From Macrostomum lignano (lineage: Eukaryota): DNA of 64,000 bases. Under the pieces are notes generated by a model, which had not been told where the DNA came from, did not search any database, and saw only the letters and a program-made list of their open reading frames with translations. The translations under genes were made by a program, and so were the position numbers. Shown in pieces: positions 1-12,900 of the stretch (its first letter is position 1; every line of letters starts with the position of its first letter). The DNA lies in the NCBI GenBank assembly GCA_002269645.1, contig NIVC01001946.1, forward strand, positions 124,001 to 188,000. The letters are read 5' to 3'.

Positions 1-84
1 TCCGAGCACTGCCACAATATCGGCAAGTCAATAATCTAAGTAGTCTCAAAGTCTGAGCACTCTCACAATATCCAACTGCCGCAG

Positions 85-3000
85 GTTGTAGTGGAAAAGA
101 AGCTGATGCGAGAGCGCGGCCTGACCCGACACGACCTCGGCCGGGAAGCATTCGAACAAGAAATCTGGCGCTATCGCAACGAGAAAGGCGATCGAATCTA
201 TTATCAATTGCGTCATCTCGGCTGCTCATGCGATTGGTCACGGGCTCGATTCACAATGGAACCAAAAATGAGTCGGGCCGTTATTGAAGCCTTCGTTCGC
301 ATGCACGGCATGGGCCTGATGTACCGGGCCAACCGGCTGGTTAACTGGTCCTGCACCCTGCGCAGCGCCATCTCCGATATCGAAGTGGAAAAGAAGGAAC
401 TGACTGGCAGGAAAGCGCTTCACGTGCCCGGCTACGAGCAGCCCATTGAGTTCGGCGTGCTCACCCATTTTGCCTATCCGTTAGCAGATTCGGATGAGAA
501 GATTGTCGTGGCTACTACTCGGCCGGAAACTATGCTGGGCGACACTGCTGTGGCTGTGCACCCGGAAGATCCTAGGTAGGTTGCGGTTATTAATTACTTG
601 TAGAATTGTGTTGATTGTGTTTGAAATTTTGCCGTATCGAATGTATCGAAAATAGAGTTTGCACAGGTTATGATGTACTAGAAAGCGTCATTTTAAATTA
701 GCTTGCCGTTATGTATCAAAAAATCATTATCAGAGTAGATCATTGGTAAAATTGCCCGATATGTATCGAAAATCATTGCATCAGCTGATCTAGATCGATT
801 GTCGATTGGCCGATATGAATAGAAAATCACTTTATCAGCGTGTTACATTATATAGTACAGTTAGCCGATATGTATCGAAAATTAATTTATAGGCGTATTG
901 GATTACATCGTAAAATCGGCCGATATGTATCGAAAATCACTTTATCAATGTTTTATATTAGATTGTAAAATCGGCCGATATGTATCAAAAATCACTTTAT
1001 CAGCGTTTTATGTTAGATTATAAAATCGGCCGATATGTATCGAAAATCACTTTATCAGCGTATTGGATTACAGTAAAATCGGCCGATATGTATCGAAAAT
1101 CACTTTATCAGCGTATTGGATTACATTATGTAATGTATTCGGCCGATATGTATCGATAATAGCAATTAAATTATTCGAAACCAACTCTCCGCTCCCCCTA
1201 GATACAAGCACATGCACGACCGTCGTATCGTTCATCCGTTCTTCCCCGACCGGGAGATGCGCGTCGTTGCTGACAGCTTTGTCGAGCGCGAGTTCGGCAC
1301 AGGCGCGGTGAAAATCACCCCGGCTCACGACGCCAACGATTTTGAATGCGGCATTCGTAACAATCTCGCCTTTATCACAGTCATCGGCGAGGACGGTCGC
1401 ATCGCCGACAATTGCGGCGAGTTCTCCGGTTTGCCCCGGTTCGATGCTCGCCAACGCGTTGTGGACGCTTTGAAAGCCAAGGGTCTCTGGATTGGAGAGC
1501 AGGACAATCCTATGGTTGTGCCAATTTGTAGTCGCAGCAAAGACGTTATTGAACCGCTAATTAAGCCGCAATGGTTTGTTCTTTTATCAAGCTTGTTTTA
1601 CACTATAAAAGTTGTGCAGTGATAACTTGACTTTAATATTTAACAATCGTAGGGTTTCAGAATTAAAAAGTTCGCCCCAAAGTTCTATTTCTATTTAAAA
1701 AATCCTGAATTCGATGAAAAATTGCCCAGATTTCTGTAATAATCGCCCCAGATTTACATAAAAATCACCTTAGATTTCTATGAAAAATCGCCCCTGTTTC
1801 TATGTAAAATAGCCCCAGATTTCTATGAAGAATCGCTCCAGATTTCTATGAAGAATCACCCCAGATTTCTATGAAGAATCACCCCAGATTTCTATAAATA
1901 ATCGCCCCAGATTTTTAAGAAGAATCGCCCCAGATTTCTATGAAAAATCGCCCCAGATTTCTATGAAGAATCGCCCCAGATTTCTATGAAGAATCACCCC
2001 AGATTTCTATAAAGAATCACCCCAGATTTCTATAAAGAATCACCCCAGATTTCTATGAAGAATCACCCCAGATTTCTATAAAGAATCACCCCAGATTTCT
2101 ATGAAGAATCACCCCAGATTTCTATAAAGAATCACCCCAGATTTCTATAAAGAATCACCCCAGATTTCTATGAAGAATCACCCCCGATTTCTATAAAGAA
2201 TCACCCCAGATTTCTATGAAGAATCACCCCAGATTTCTATGAAGAATCGCCCTTAAATTTCTATGAAGAATCACCCCAGATTTCTATGAAGAATCACCCC
2301 AGATTTCTATAAAGAATCACCCCAGATTTCTATGAAGAATCACCCCAGATTTCTATAAAGAATCACCCCAGATTTCTATGAAGAATCACCCCCGATTTCT
2401 ATAAAGAATCACCCCAGATTTCTATAAAGAATCACCCCAGATTTCTATGAAGAATCGCCCTTAAATTTCTATGAAGAATCGCCCTTAAATTTCTATGAAG
2501 AATCACCCCAGATTTCTATGAAGAATCACCCCAGATTTCTATAAAGAATCACCCCAGATTTCTATGAAGAATCACCCCAGATTTCTATAAAGAATCACCC
2601 CAGATTTCTATGAAGAATCGCCCCAGATTTCTATGAAGAATCGCCCCAGATTTCTATGAAGAATCGCCCCAGATTTCTATGAAGAATCGCCCCAGATTTC
2701 TATGAAGAATCGCCCCAGATTTCTATGAAGAATCACCCCAGATTTCTATAAATAATCGCCCCAGATTTTTATGAAGAATCGCCCCAGATTTCTATGAAGA
2801 ATCGCCCCAGATTTCTATGAAGAATCACCCCAGATTTCTATAAATAATCGCCCCAGATTTTTATGAAGAATCGCCCCAGATTTCTATGAAGAATCACCCC
2901 AGATTTCTATGAAGAATCGCCCCAGATTTCTATAAAGAATCACCCCAGATTTCTATAAAGAATCGCCCCAGATTTCTATGAAGAATCGCCCCAGATTTCT

Positions 3001-6000
3001 ATGAAGAATCGCCCCAGATTTCTATGAAAAATCGCCCCAGATTTCTATGAAGAATCGCCCCTAGATTTCCATGAAAAATCGCCCCAGATTTCTATGAAGA
3101 ATCGCCCCTGATTTCTATGAAAAATCGCCCCAGATTTCTATAAAGAATCACCCCAGATTTCTATGAAAAATCGCCCCAGATTTCTATGAAGAATTGCCCC
3201 TAAATTTCTATGAAAAATCACCTCAGATTTCTATGAAGAATCGCCCCTAGATTTCCATGAAAAATCGCCCCAGATTTCTATGAAGAATCGCCCCAGATTT
3301 CTATGAAAAATCACCCCAGATTTCCATGAAGAATCACCCCAGATTTCTATAAAGAATCGCCCCAGATTTCTATGAAAAATTACCCCAGATTTCTATGAAG
3401 AATCGCCCCAGATTTCTATGAAGAATCGTCCCAGATTTCTATGAAGAATCGCCCCAGATTTCTATGAAAAATCGCCCCAGATTTCTATGAAGAATCGCCC
3501 CAGATTTCTATAAAAAATCGCTCCAGATTTCTATGAAGAATCGCCTTCAATCTTGCACTCCAGGTACGTCCGCTGCGAAGGCATGGCCAAGCGCGCCTTA
3601 GACGCGGTGGAATCTGGCGAACTGCAGCTCATACCCGAATATCACAATCGAGTTTGGCGCGAATGGCTCAGCAACTGTCGCGATTGGTGCATCAGCCGCC
3701 AGCTCTGGTGGGGCCATCAGGTGCCGGCTTGGCTGCCGCTGATCGACGGTAAACCGGCAGGCGGATGCGACCCCAATAGCGGCGACTCCTGGCTGATTGG
3801 GCGCAACCATGACGAGGCGATGGCTCAGGCCAGGGCCAAGTGGCCTAAAGAGGCCGCTGAAGGCCGGCTGACTTTAAAGCAGGTAAATAAATAGGTGTTG
3901 GCAGCCAGCCACCCATCCCGTGATTCAATAAGGAATCTCATGACCCCCTTCTGCGAGAGTCATATGACCCCTCACTTAAGAAATCATTGGGGAGTCATAT
4001 GACCCCCTCATCCAAGAGAAATCATCAGGGAGTCATACGACCCCCTCACCCAAGAGAAATCATTGGGGAGTCATACGACCCCCTCACCCAAGAGAAATCA
4101 TGAGGGAGTCATACGACCCCCTCACCCAAGAGAAATCATGAGGGAGTCATACGACCCCCTCACCCAAGAGAAATCATGAGGGAGTCATACGACCCCCTCA
4201 CCCAAGAGAAATCATGAGGGAGTCATACGACCCCCTCATCCAAGAGAAATCATTGGGGAGTCATACGACCGCCTCACCCAAGAGAAATCATCAGGGTGTC
4301 ATATGACCCCCTCACCCAAGAGAAATCATCAGAGTGTCATATGACCCCCTCACCAAAGAGAAATCATCAGAGTGTCATATGACCCCCTCACCCAAGAGAA
4401 ATCATCAGAGTGTCATATGACCCCACCAGAGAATCTCAGGATGTCACTCACAGGACTCTTTTTTACCTACCGATTTCTTTTCATTAATGAAGTATTTCAA
4501 TATAAGCTCTAAAGTAACTTCACAATTTCACTCGCAGGACCCGGACGTCTTGGACACCTGGTTCAGCTCTCAACTATTTCCATTTAGCGTATTCGATTGG
4601 CCAGATCAAACTCTAGAATTGAGCACATTCTATCCTGGCACTCTTTTGGAGACTGGACACGACATCCTGTTTTTCTGGGTGGCCCGAATGGTTATGGCCG
4701 GATTAACATTGATGGACAAGCTGCCCTTTCGCTACGTGTATCTTCACGCTATTGTTCGCGACTCTCATGGACAGAAAATGTCCAAATCTAAGGGCAACGT
4801 CATCGATCCAATGGACGTCATTAATGGCATCACGCTTGAGGTTCGCGTCATTTTTGGATTTTGGGATTATACTGCATAATATTGTTTGCAATATGCTCAG
4901 ATAAGCTACTCATAAACTACTTAGATAAGCTACTCAACAACTACTCAGATAAGCTACTCAGAAACTACTCAGATAAGCTACTCAGAAACTACTTAGATAA
5001 GCTACTCAACAACTACTCAGATAAGCGACTCAGAAACTACTCAGATAAGCTACTCAAAAACTGCTCAGATAAGCTACTCAACAACTACTCAGATAAGCTA
5101 CTCAGAAACTACTCAGATAAGCTACTCAACAACTGCTCAGATAAGCTACTCAGAAACTACTCAGATAAGCTACTCAAAAACTGCTCAGATAAGCTACTCA
5201 AAAACTACTCAAATAAGCTACTTAATAACTCCTTAGATAAGCTACTCAAAAACTGCTCAGATAAGCTACTCAAAAACTACTCAAATAAGCTACTTATTAA
5301 CTCCTTAGATAAGCTACTCAAAAACTGCTCAGATAAGCTACTCAAAAACTGCTCAGATAAGCTACTCAAAAACTGCTCAGATAAGCTACTCAAAAACTGC
5401 TCAGATAAGCTACTCAAAAACTGCTCAGATAAGCTACTCAAAAACTGCTCAGATAAGCTACTCAAAAACTGCTCAGATAAGCTACTCAAAAACTGCTCAG
5501 ATAAGCTACTCAAAAACTACTCAAATAAGCTACTTAATAACTCCTTAGATAAGCTACTCAAAAACTGCTCAGATAAGCTACTCAAAGATTCACCTTTAAC
5601 ATAGAAGTTTGTTATCCAAAAAATCCCACAGTCTCTTCACGCTCAACTCGAAGATTCGAACCTGGACCGTCGCGAGATTGATCGAGCTCGCCAGTGCCAG
5701 AAGGAAGATTATCCCAATGGCATTCCTGAGTGCGGCACCGACGCCCTGCGCTTCGCTCTCTGCGCCTACAGCGCTCAAGGACGCGATATCAACTTGGACG
5801 TGCTACGAGTTCAAGGATATCGGTTCTTCTGCAACAAGATGTGGCAAGCTGTACGCTATGTGCTTATGTGTCTGGGCGATTCGTTTCAACTGCCCGAGAC
5901 TCGGCTGCCGCATCGAATTGGCAGCTCGTTGGATCAATGGATTCTGTCTAGGCTGACCTACACTGTGCGAGCTATTGACAAAGGATTGGAGGCCTACGAC

Positions 6001-8601
6001 TTCCAGGTTTGTGTGGACCTTAGTTATAGCATGATAGTCCCTTTGCATCATTGGCGAGAATTCTCCTACCCTAATAGTAAGATTCCCCTACCCTAATGGT
6101 AAGATTTCCCGCTCTCTAATGGTGAGAATCCCCAATCCCTAATGGTGAGATTCCCCAATCCCAAATAGTGAGATTCCCCAATCCCTAATGGTGAGAATCC
6201 CCAATCACTAATAGTGAGATTCCCCAATCCCCAATAGTGAGATTCCCCAATCCCTAATGGTGAGATTCCCCAATCCCTAATGGTGAGAATCCCTAATGGC
6301 GAGATTCCCCTATCCCTAATGGTGAGATTCCCCAATCCCCAATAGTGAGATTCCCCAATCCCTAATGGTGAGCTTCCCCAATCCCTAATGGTGAGATTCC
6401 CCAATCCCCAATAGTGAGATTCCCCAATCCCTAATGGTGGGAATACCCAATCCCTAATGGTGACATTCCCCAATCCCCAATAGTGAGATTCCCCAATCCC
6501 TAATGGTGAGATTCCCCAATCCCTAATGGTGACATTCCCCAATCCCCAAAAATGAGATTCCCCAATCCTTAATGGTGAGATTCCCCAATCCCTAATGGTG
6601 AGATTCCCCAATCCCCAATAGTGAGATTCCCCAATCACTAATGGAGAGAATCCCCAATCACTAATGGTGAGATTCCCCAATCCCCAATAGTGAGATTCCC
6701 CAATCACTAATGGTGAGATTCCCCAATCCCCAATAGTGAGATTCCCCAATCACTAATGGTGAGATTCCCCAATCCCCAATAGTGAGATTCCCCAATCCCC
6801 AATAGTGAGATTCCCCAATCCCCAATAGTGAGATTCCCCAATCACTAATGGTGAGAATCCCCAATTACTAATGGTGAGAATCCCCAATCCCCAATAGTGA
6901 GATTCCCCAATCACTAATGGTGAGAATCCCCTATCCCTAATGGTGAGATTCCCCAATCCCCTGTCCACTCCAGTCGGCCACCACCGCCTGCTACAATTTC
7001 TGGCTGTACGACTTCTGCGATGTGTACCTGGAGTACTCGAAGCTCGCCTTAAAGGACCCCGAATACGACGCCGACTTGATCAGGCACACGCTGTACATCT
7101 GCTGCGACACGGGCCTGCGACTGGCTCATCCATTCATGCCCTTCATCACTGAGGAGCTCTGGCAGCGATTGCCTCGACATCCGCCGACGCCGCTGTTCTC
7201 CGAGCCCAGCCTGTGTGTTGCTGAGTTCCCTTCGATTGGCGAGTTTCACTGCTATCGTAAAGAGCACTGCGAGACTGAGGTTGATCAGCTGATCAAAATT
7301 ATTAAGGTGAGAATAAAGTGCATATTTCGACTTTTGTCCTAATAAGCACCATTGATACTTGACGTTTCTAACAAACAGTATTTCATGAACACAATTTCTA
7401 AGAATCTTGAATCTGTTCTAGTAATCAGTATCCCATTTCTAGTAATCAGTATCCATTTTCTAGTAATCAGTATCCCATTTCTAGTAATCAGTCTCCCATT
7501 TCTAGTAATCAGTATAAGATTCATTTTTGAAGCATTTCTAAGAAAGCCTGTAAGCTATTACTACTATATTATTATTACCATACCGCCCTGTAGGCAGTCC
7601 GCAGTCTCCGCGGTGAATACCAGCTGACTGGACGCCAGCGAACTCGCGCCATTCTGGTCACAGCAGATTCCGAACTCGCTGCTCTAGTACAACGAGAGCA
7701 GAAACCATTGTGCAGCCTCTCCAACTGCTCCATCATCGAGTGCAGCAGCAGTCGTCCAACCGAAGCCTGCGCTATGAACACCCTGAACGATCGGGTTGAA
7801 CTGCACCTGGTCCTAGCTGGCATTGTTGACCTCGCCAAGGAGGCCGCCCGGCTGGCATCCCGGCTGGACACCCTCGACAAGCAGGTGGCGAAGCTTCGCG
7901 AACAGCTTGACGCGCCGGGCTCGGCGAGCATGCCGGAGGCTGTCCGTGCGGCCAACAGAGACAAGCTGGAGAAGCTGCTGACCGAACGGGCCAAGCTGGC
8001 CGAGTCAGCTGTTGTGTCTGGCGGCAGCGGCGGCATCAAGCAGCTGATTCGCCTGTCGAATAGCAAATCCGCTTATCTACTGACTGAAGCGGCCAAGTGC
8101 ATTGCTAATCTGCTTGGCAACGGGCAGAAGATCACTACTGTTCAAGAGGCCGACAAGCAGACTCGAGACCGGCTAATCAACTGTAACAATATGCCAAATG
8201 GAAATGCCGAATTCGTAGCGACATTCGATAGTTCCAACCCCAATGATGCAATCTTTGATTTGATTGGCCTGTGCCACCGACTGCAGCCGGGTGTGCATTG
8301 CGCCAGAGACCAATGGATTAGCCTGGCTATTAGCCGCCTATTGCCAGCCGTGGTTGCCATGGCAACTAACAGCCGGCATTCTTATATTGGCCGCTGTCAA
8401 TTTGTAGACTTTGCCCGAATGCTGAATGGCTACTTGGCTACCAGGACTTTTCTGGTCGGCGAGTCGCTCAGTGCTGCCGATGCGGCTGTTGCAAGTCTTC
8501 TTCAACAGGTTTCTAGCGATGTTGTCATGACAACATTGACCGAGTTTGGCAATGTTAGACGGTATTTGGATCTGATGAAGCACCGGGAGCCGCTTGCCTG
8601 A
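85..8601 (+). CDS. VARS1: Valyl-tRNA synthetase, cytosolic type; 5'-partial, 7 exons in window: 85-575, 1202-1573, 3564-3882, 4538-4840, 5632-6006, 6974-7306, 7594-8601
   Basis: All introns are GT-AG with consistent phases (2,2,0,0,0,0). The joined translation shows class I ValRS motifs: [94 protein letters not shown] and a C-terminal coiled coil. The HIGH motif and start codon lie upstream of the window. Confidence 0.96.
695..1160. repeat. About 55-bp intronic minisatellite (core CGGCCGATATGTATCGAAAATCACTTTATC)
   Basis: Core recurs at about 918, 973, 1028, 1081 and 1141. Confidence 0.8.
1720..3545. repeat. 23-bp minisatellite CCCAGATTTCTATGAAGAATCRC filling a ValRS intron
   Basis: Direct inspection; boundaries approximate. 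Confidence 0.93.
3940..4430. repeat. 38-bp minisatellite GAGTCATACGACCCCCTCACCCAAGAGAAATCATGAGG
   Basis: Period 38 measured at 4081/4119. Confidence 0.9.
4895..5590. repeat. 24-bp minisatellite TCAGATAAGCTACTCAAAAACTGC
   Basis: Source of the spurious [11 protein letters not shown]. Confidence 0.92.
6090..6960. repeat. 23-bp minisatellite GTGAGATTCCCCAATCCCTAATG
   Basis: Fills the intron to within about 13 nt of the acceptor. Confidence 0.92.
7420..7520. repeat. 21-bp minisatellite ATTTCTAGTAATCAGTATCCC
   Basis: About 5 copies in the last ValRS intron. Confidence 0.8.
8040..8598 (+). other. GST-like domain (eEF1B-gamma / AIMP / aaRS-appended type) fused to the C-terminus of ValRS after an SGGSGG linker
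   Basis: Same open frame as the ValRS coiled coil. [15 protein letters not shown] and [27 protein letters not shown]...[11 protein letters not shown] resemble the GST-C helices of eEF1B-gamma ([21 protein letters not shown]...NTNRWF), compared from memory. Confidence 0.8.
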
Positions 8602-8766
8602 GGAGACTGGGCAATAATTACCGTGTTAATTTGACCTTATTAATTCCCATGACTCCTTTTTGGTGACAGCTATAAAACTGGGAATTTTAACAATTACAGG
8701 ATTTAGAAACTTAATTTATCACCAATCAACCCCTCCCCAGGTAAAGTCTTGGTTATTTGCGCCATA

Positions 8767-8796
8767 AATAAACTTTTTTGTTTAATTAGTAATAAA
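8767..8796 (+). terminator. Candidate polyadenylation signals of the ValRS gene (AATAAA at 8767-8772 and 8791-8796)
   Basis: Two AATAAA hexamers about 170-190 nt after the stop codon, in T-rich context. Confidence 0.5.
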
Positions 8797-9104
8797 AATG
8801 TTTATGCTACTTACTGTAATCTAATTACTGATATTTTATTCGAAAGTTGATGAAGTGACATTAGAAAAAGACAATTAGAAAATGGACCACTTGATTCAAT
8901 TAATTGCGACTGGCTAATGTATTTTCTAAAATGTGCCGCCATCACTCAGTCGTGCTCCGCTCAAAACATTGGTTTGAAAATGCAATTGCCTTGAATATAA
9001 CTGCATGTGCTGAATCTTTGATTGGAAGATTGCTGACTAAAAATAAGAGTTTGTTGATTGCAGCCTCTGGACAAATAAGTCAAGTATTTGAATTTTCGTT
9101 CATT

Positions 9105-9300
9105 TGCTGCCGGCGACCTTCCAGATCCTCAGTTGCTGGGCCAGCCTCCAAGATCCTCAGTTGCTGGGCCAGCCTCCCAGATCCTCAGTTGCTGGGCCAG
9201 CCTCTCAGATCCTCAGTTGCTGGGCCACCAGCCTCCCAGATCCTCAGTTGCGGGGCCACCAGCCTCCCAGATCCTCAGTTGCGGGGCCAGTCTCTCAGAT
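9105..9300. repeat. 28-bp minisatellite CCCAGATCCTCAGTTGCTGGGCCAGCCT, array 1
   Basis: Lies between the convergent ValRS and LHPP 3' ends. Confidence 0.88.
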
Positions 9301-9999
9301 CGGCACAATTATAACAAATCGCACTATTACATGTACACACAAGGATTTGAGGTCCAACCCCCAGGCATATGAGAGTGTACATGCGGCTAAATATATTGAT
9401 AATAATCCCAATGAGCGTACCGTCTCGATAGAATGTACATGTACGAGCGTACATATGCAATTAACCCGGTCAAGCCTATCGAGCTGGGCACCTCAATTGG
9501 AGTGCACGCGAGGGAAATGCAATCCCATGCAATTAGACAGCTGCACTACAAGATAAAGTACATACATGTACGCGTAAGTACCTGAACGCAGATCTGCAGT
9601 TGGCGTTAGTAGCGTACATGTTACGCAGGATTTTTGGTGAATGGTATGTTTCTCTTGTACTCGTACATGTAGTTAAAACTGTATCTACTACAAACAATGC
9701 TTCAATGAAAGGAGGCGATAATATCGAGAAATTATTCAATTTGACAAAAACAATATGATATCCATGCACCAAAAGTCACAATAGCGTATAAAAACTGATA
9801 ACCATGACCGTGTTTTACATTCAGTATAAAGGTGATATGCAATATTGCCAAAGTTTAGCTGAAGACAAACTGCAAACAGAATAATTGTTTGTCTACTGTA
9901 AAATCCTAAGGGTAAGAAAGGTAAATTATTTTTGTTTATAGATAATTCCGAGCGTAATTTTACTGAAAAATCAATTTAAAATGTAATAACCAGATTCGA

Positions 10000-12900
10000 T
10001 CAGTTAAGAAGAATATCCACCAGCTGCTTCAGGTCGTCCACGTAAGCCGTTGGGGTCACGCTAGGGTGCGGCTCGTCTGCGCTCGGTCTGAAATTAAAAG
10101 TCCAATAACTGCCTCACACTCTCAATCAGCACCCACCACTCCACTGCCTCACACTTAATCAGCACCCACCACCCCACACTGCCTCACACTTAATCAGCAC
10201 CCACCACCCCACACTGCCTCACACTTAATCAGCACCCACCACCCCACACTGCCTCACACTTAATCAGCACCCACCACCCCACACTGCCTCACACTTAATC
10301 AGCACCCACCACCCCACACTGCCTCACACTTAATCAGCACCCACAATCCCATTGCCTCGCTCTCGATCAGCACCAACCACCCCACTGCCTCACTCTCAAT
10401 CAGCACCCACCACCCACTGCCTCACACTTAATCAGCACCCACCACCCCACTGCCTCACACTTAATCAGCACCCACCACCCCACTGCCTCACACTTAATCA
10501 GCACCCACAATCCCATTGCCTCGCTCTCGATCAGCACCCACCACCCCACTGCCTCACACTTAATCAGCACCCACAATCCCATTGCCTCATTCTCAATCAG
10601 CAACCACCACTCCACTGCCTCACTCTCAATCAGCACCCACCACCCCACTGCCTCACACTTAATAAGCACCCACCACCCCACTGCCTCACACTTAATCAGC
10701 ACCCACCACCCCACTGCCTCACTCTCAATCAGCACCCACAATCCCATTGCCTCGCTCTCGATCAGCACCCACCACCCCACTGCCTCACACTTAATCAGCA
10801 CCCACCACCCCATTGCACTGCCTCGCTCTCGATTTAGCCACTCACCTGAACTTTCCAGTCCGCACCTGCACGCCCAGCAGTCCAGCAGCCATCGCTCCGC
10901 CCACGTCGCTGACAATGTCGTCCCCAACCATGACCACAGCGGCGGCGCCGTCCAATCCGAGCGCTTTGACTCCGGCACCGAAGAAAGCCGCCGACGGCTT
11001 GCCGACAACCTCGACCGTCGAACCGGATGCGAACTCCAGCGCTCTGGCGAAGGCGCCGACATCCAGATGCAGCTGCTCCGCCTGCCTGTAGTAGCGGCCC
11101 ATGCCGAGGCTGAGCAGCCCCACTGGCTGCCCGCCGCCGCGCGCTGCCGGCGTCATCAACCGCTGGAAGGCGGCGTTCAACGCCGCGTAGCTGAACCCGT
11201 CGCTGGCGTCTCCGAGCACGACGCAGTCGACAGGGTCGGCGGCGGTCGCTGCCACGTCTTGAAGCTCGGGAAGACAGTCTGGGTAAGGATCGGTTTGAGG
11301 GGGGTTTTATCAATGCTGCGCATCCCAGATCCTCAGTTGCTGGGCCAGCCTCCCAGATTCTCAGTTGCTGGGCCAGCCTCCCAGATCCTCAGTTGCTGGG
11401 CTAGCCTCCCAGATTCTCAGTTGCTGGGCCAGCCTCCCAGATCCTCAGTTGCTGGGCCAGCCTCCCAGATCATCAGTTGCTGGGCCAGCCTCCCAGATCC
11501 TCAGTTGCTGGGCTAGCCTCCCAGATCATCAGTTGCTGGGCCAGCCTCCCAGATCCTCAGCTGCTGGGCCAGCCTCCCAGATCATCAGTTGCTGGGCCAG
11601 CCTCCCAGATCCTCAGTTGCTGGGCCAGCCTCCCAGATCCTCAGTTGCTGAGCCATCAGCCTCCCAGATCCTCAGTTACTGGGCCACCAACCTCCCAGCT
11701 CCTCAGCTGCTGGGCCATCAGCCTCCCAGATCCTCAGTTGCTGGGCCAGCCTCCCAGATCCTCAGCTGCTGGGCCAGCCTCCCAGATCCTCAGTTGCTGG
11801 GCCAGCCTCCCAGGTTATTAGTTGCTGGGCCAGCCTCCCAGATCCTCAGTTGCTGGGCCAGCCTCCCAGATCCTCAGTTGCTGGGCCAGCCTCCCAGATC
11901 CTCAGTTGCTGGGCCAGCCTCCCAGATCCTCAGTTGCTGGGCCAGCCTCCCAGATCCTCAGTTGCTGGGCCAGCCTCCCAGATCCTCAGTTGCTGGGCCA
12001 GCCTCCCAGATCCTCAGTTGCTGGGCCAGCCTCCCAGATCCTCAGTTGCTGGGCCAGGCCCTGTGCTGTAGTTAGTTAACTGAAGAAGTTCATGATACTA
12101 CACTAGCTTTGCTACTACCAGTAGTAATAAAAAAGGATTTTTAAATGAATATTTTGACTTGCATTACGAAAAGCTCGTTGAAAAGAGAAAGTTTTTAAAC
12201 GCCAAAAAGGCTCAGGTTTCAATGACAGATTTTCCTCCTTTCCTCCCTTTGAAAGGATCTATCCAGCTTATCCACCAACAGTGCAAGCATTTTGCCTCAT
12301 TTGAAATGTTTTCCAAATTTAAGAGAATATAACTATTAGTTGGGAAACCGGATGAACTTCCGCAGCTCCAGGGGCCTCCGCGGCGCTGCCAGGTGCTTTT
12401 CTGCTGATGATAAAAAACACAAAATTCCCGACATAGCCACTTCCGCCTTCAGAAAAAAATTAGTAGTCACATCCGGTTTGCTTGAAAGGTGGTTTCCCAC
12501 TGTAACAGTACTTCATCTGCTATATGCATATGAAAGCGGGAGTATGGGATTTCCAAGAAATTGCTGTAATAGCTATAAAATACAGCATTGGGCATGCGCG
12601 GGGCGGACAGCTGCATTAAGAGATTTTCCTTCCCGATTTTCTCCAGGCAAGTGACGCAGCTCAGTAGCCAATAAAATCCGTCTGTGCCCTTGACAGGGAC
12701 AATCATTGTGGCTTAGTGTGAGACCGGATGTTAACAAGAAAAAGTTGTTATCTGATGTGGCTTAAAAGTCTTATTTTATTATTGTTAAATTATAGTTTCT
12801 GAAAATCGTAGATCCCAGATCCTAAGTCCCAGATCCTAGATCCCAGATCCTAGATCCCAGATCCTAGAACCCAGATCCTAGATCCCAGATCCTAGATCCC

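Noticed and set aside
4861-6968. Long track ORFs in ValRS introns (SDKLLKNC and GLGNLTI repeats)
   Set aside because: They are translations of intronic minisatellites lying between well-defined ValRS exons.
9320-9680. Cluster of GTAC/CATG palindromes (TGTACATGTAC)
   Set aside because: Short, low-complexity and also seen elsewhere (about 28075); no larger structure is evident.
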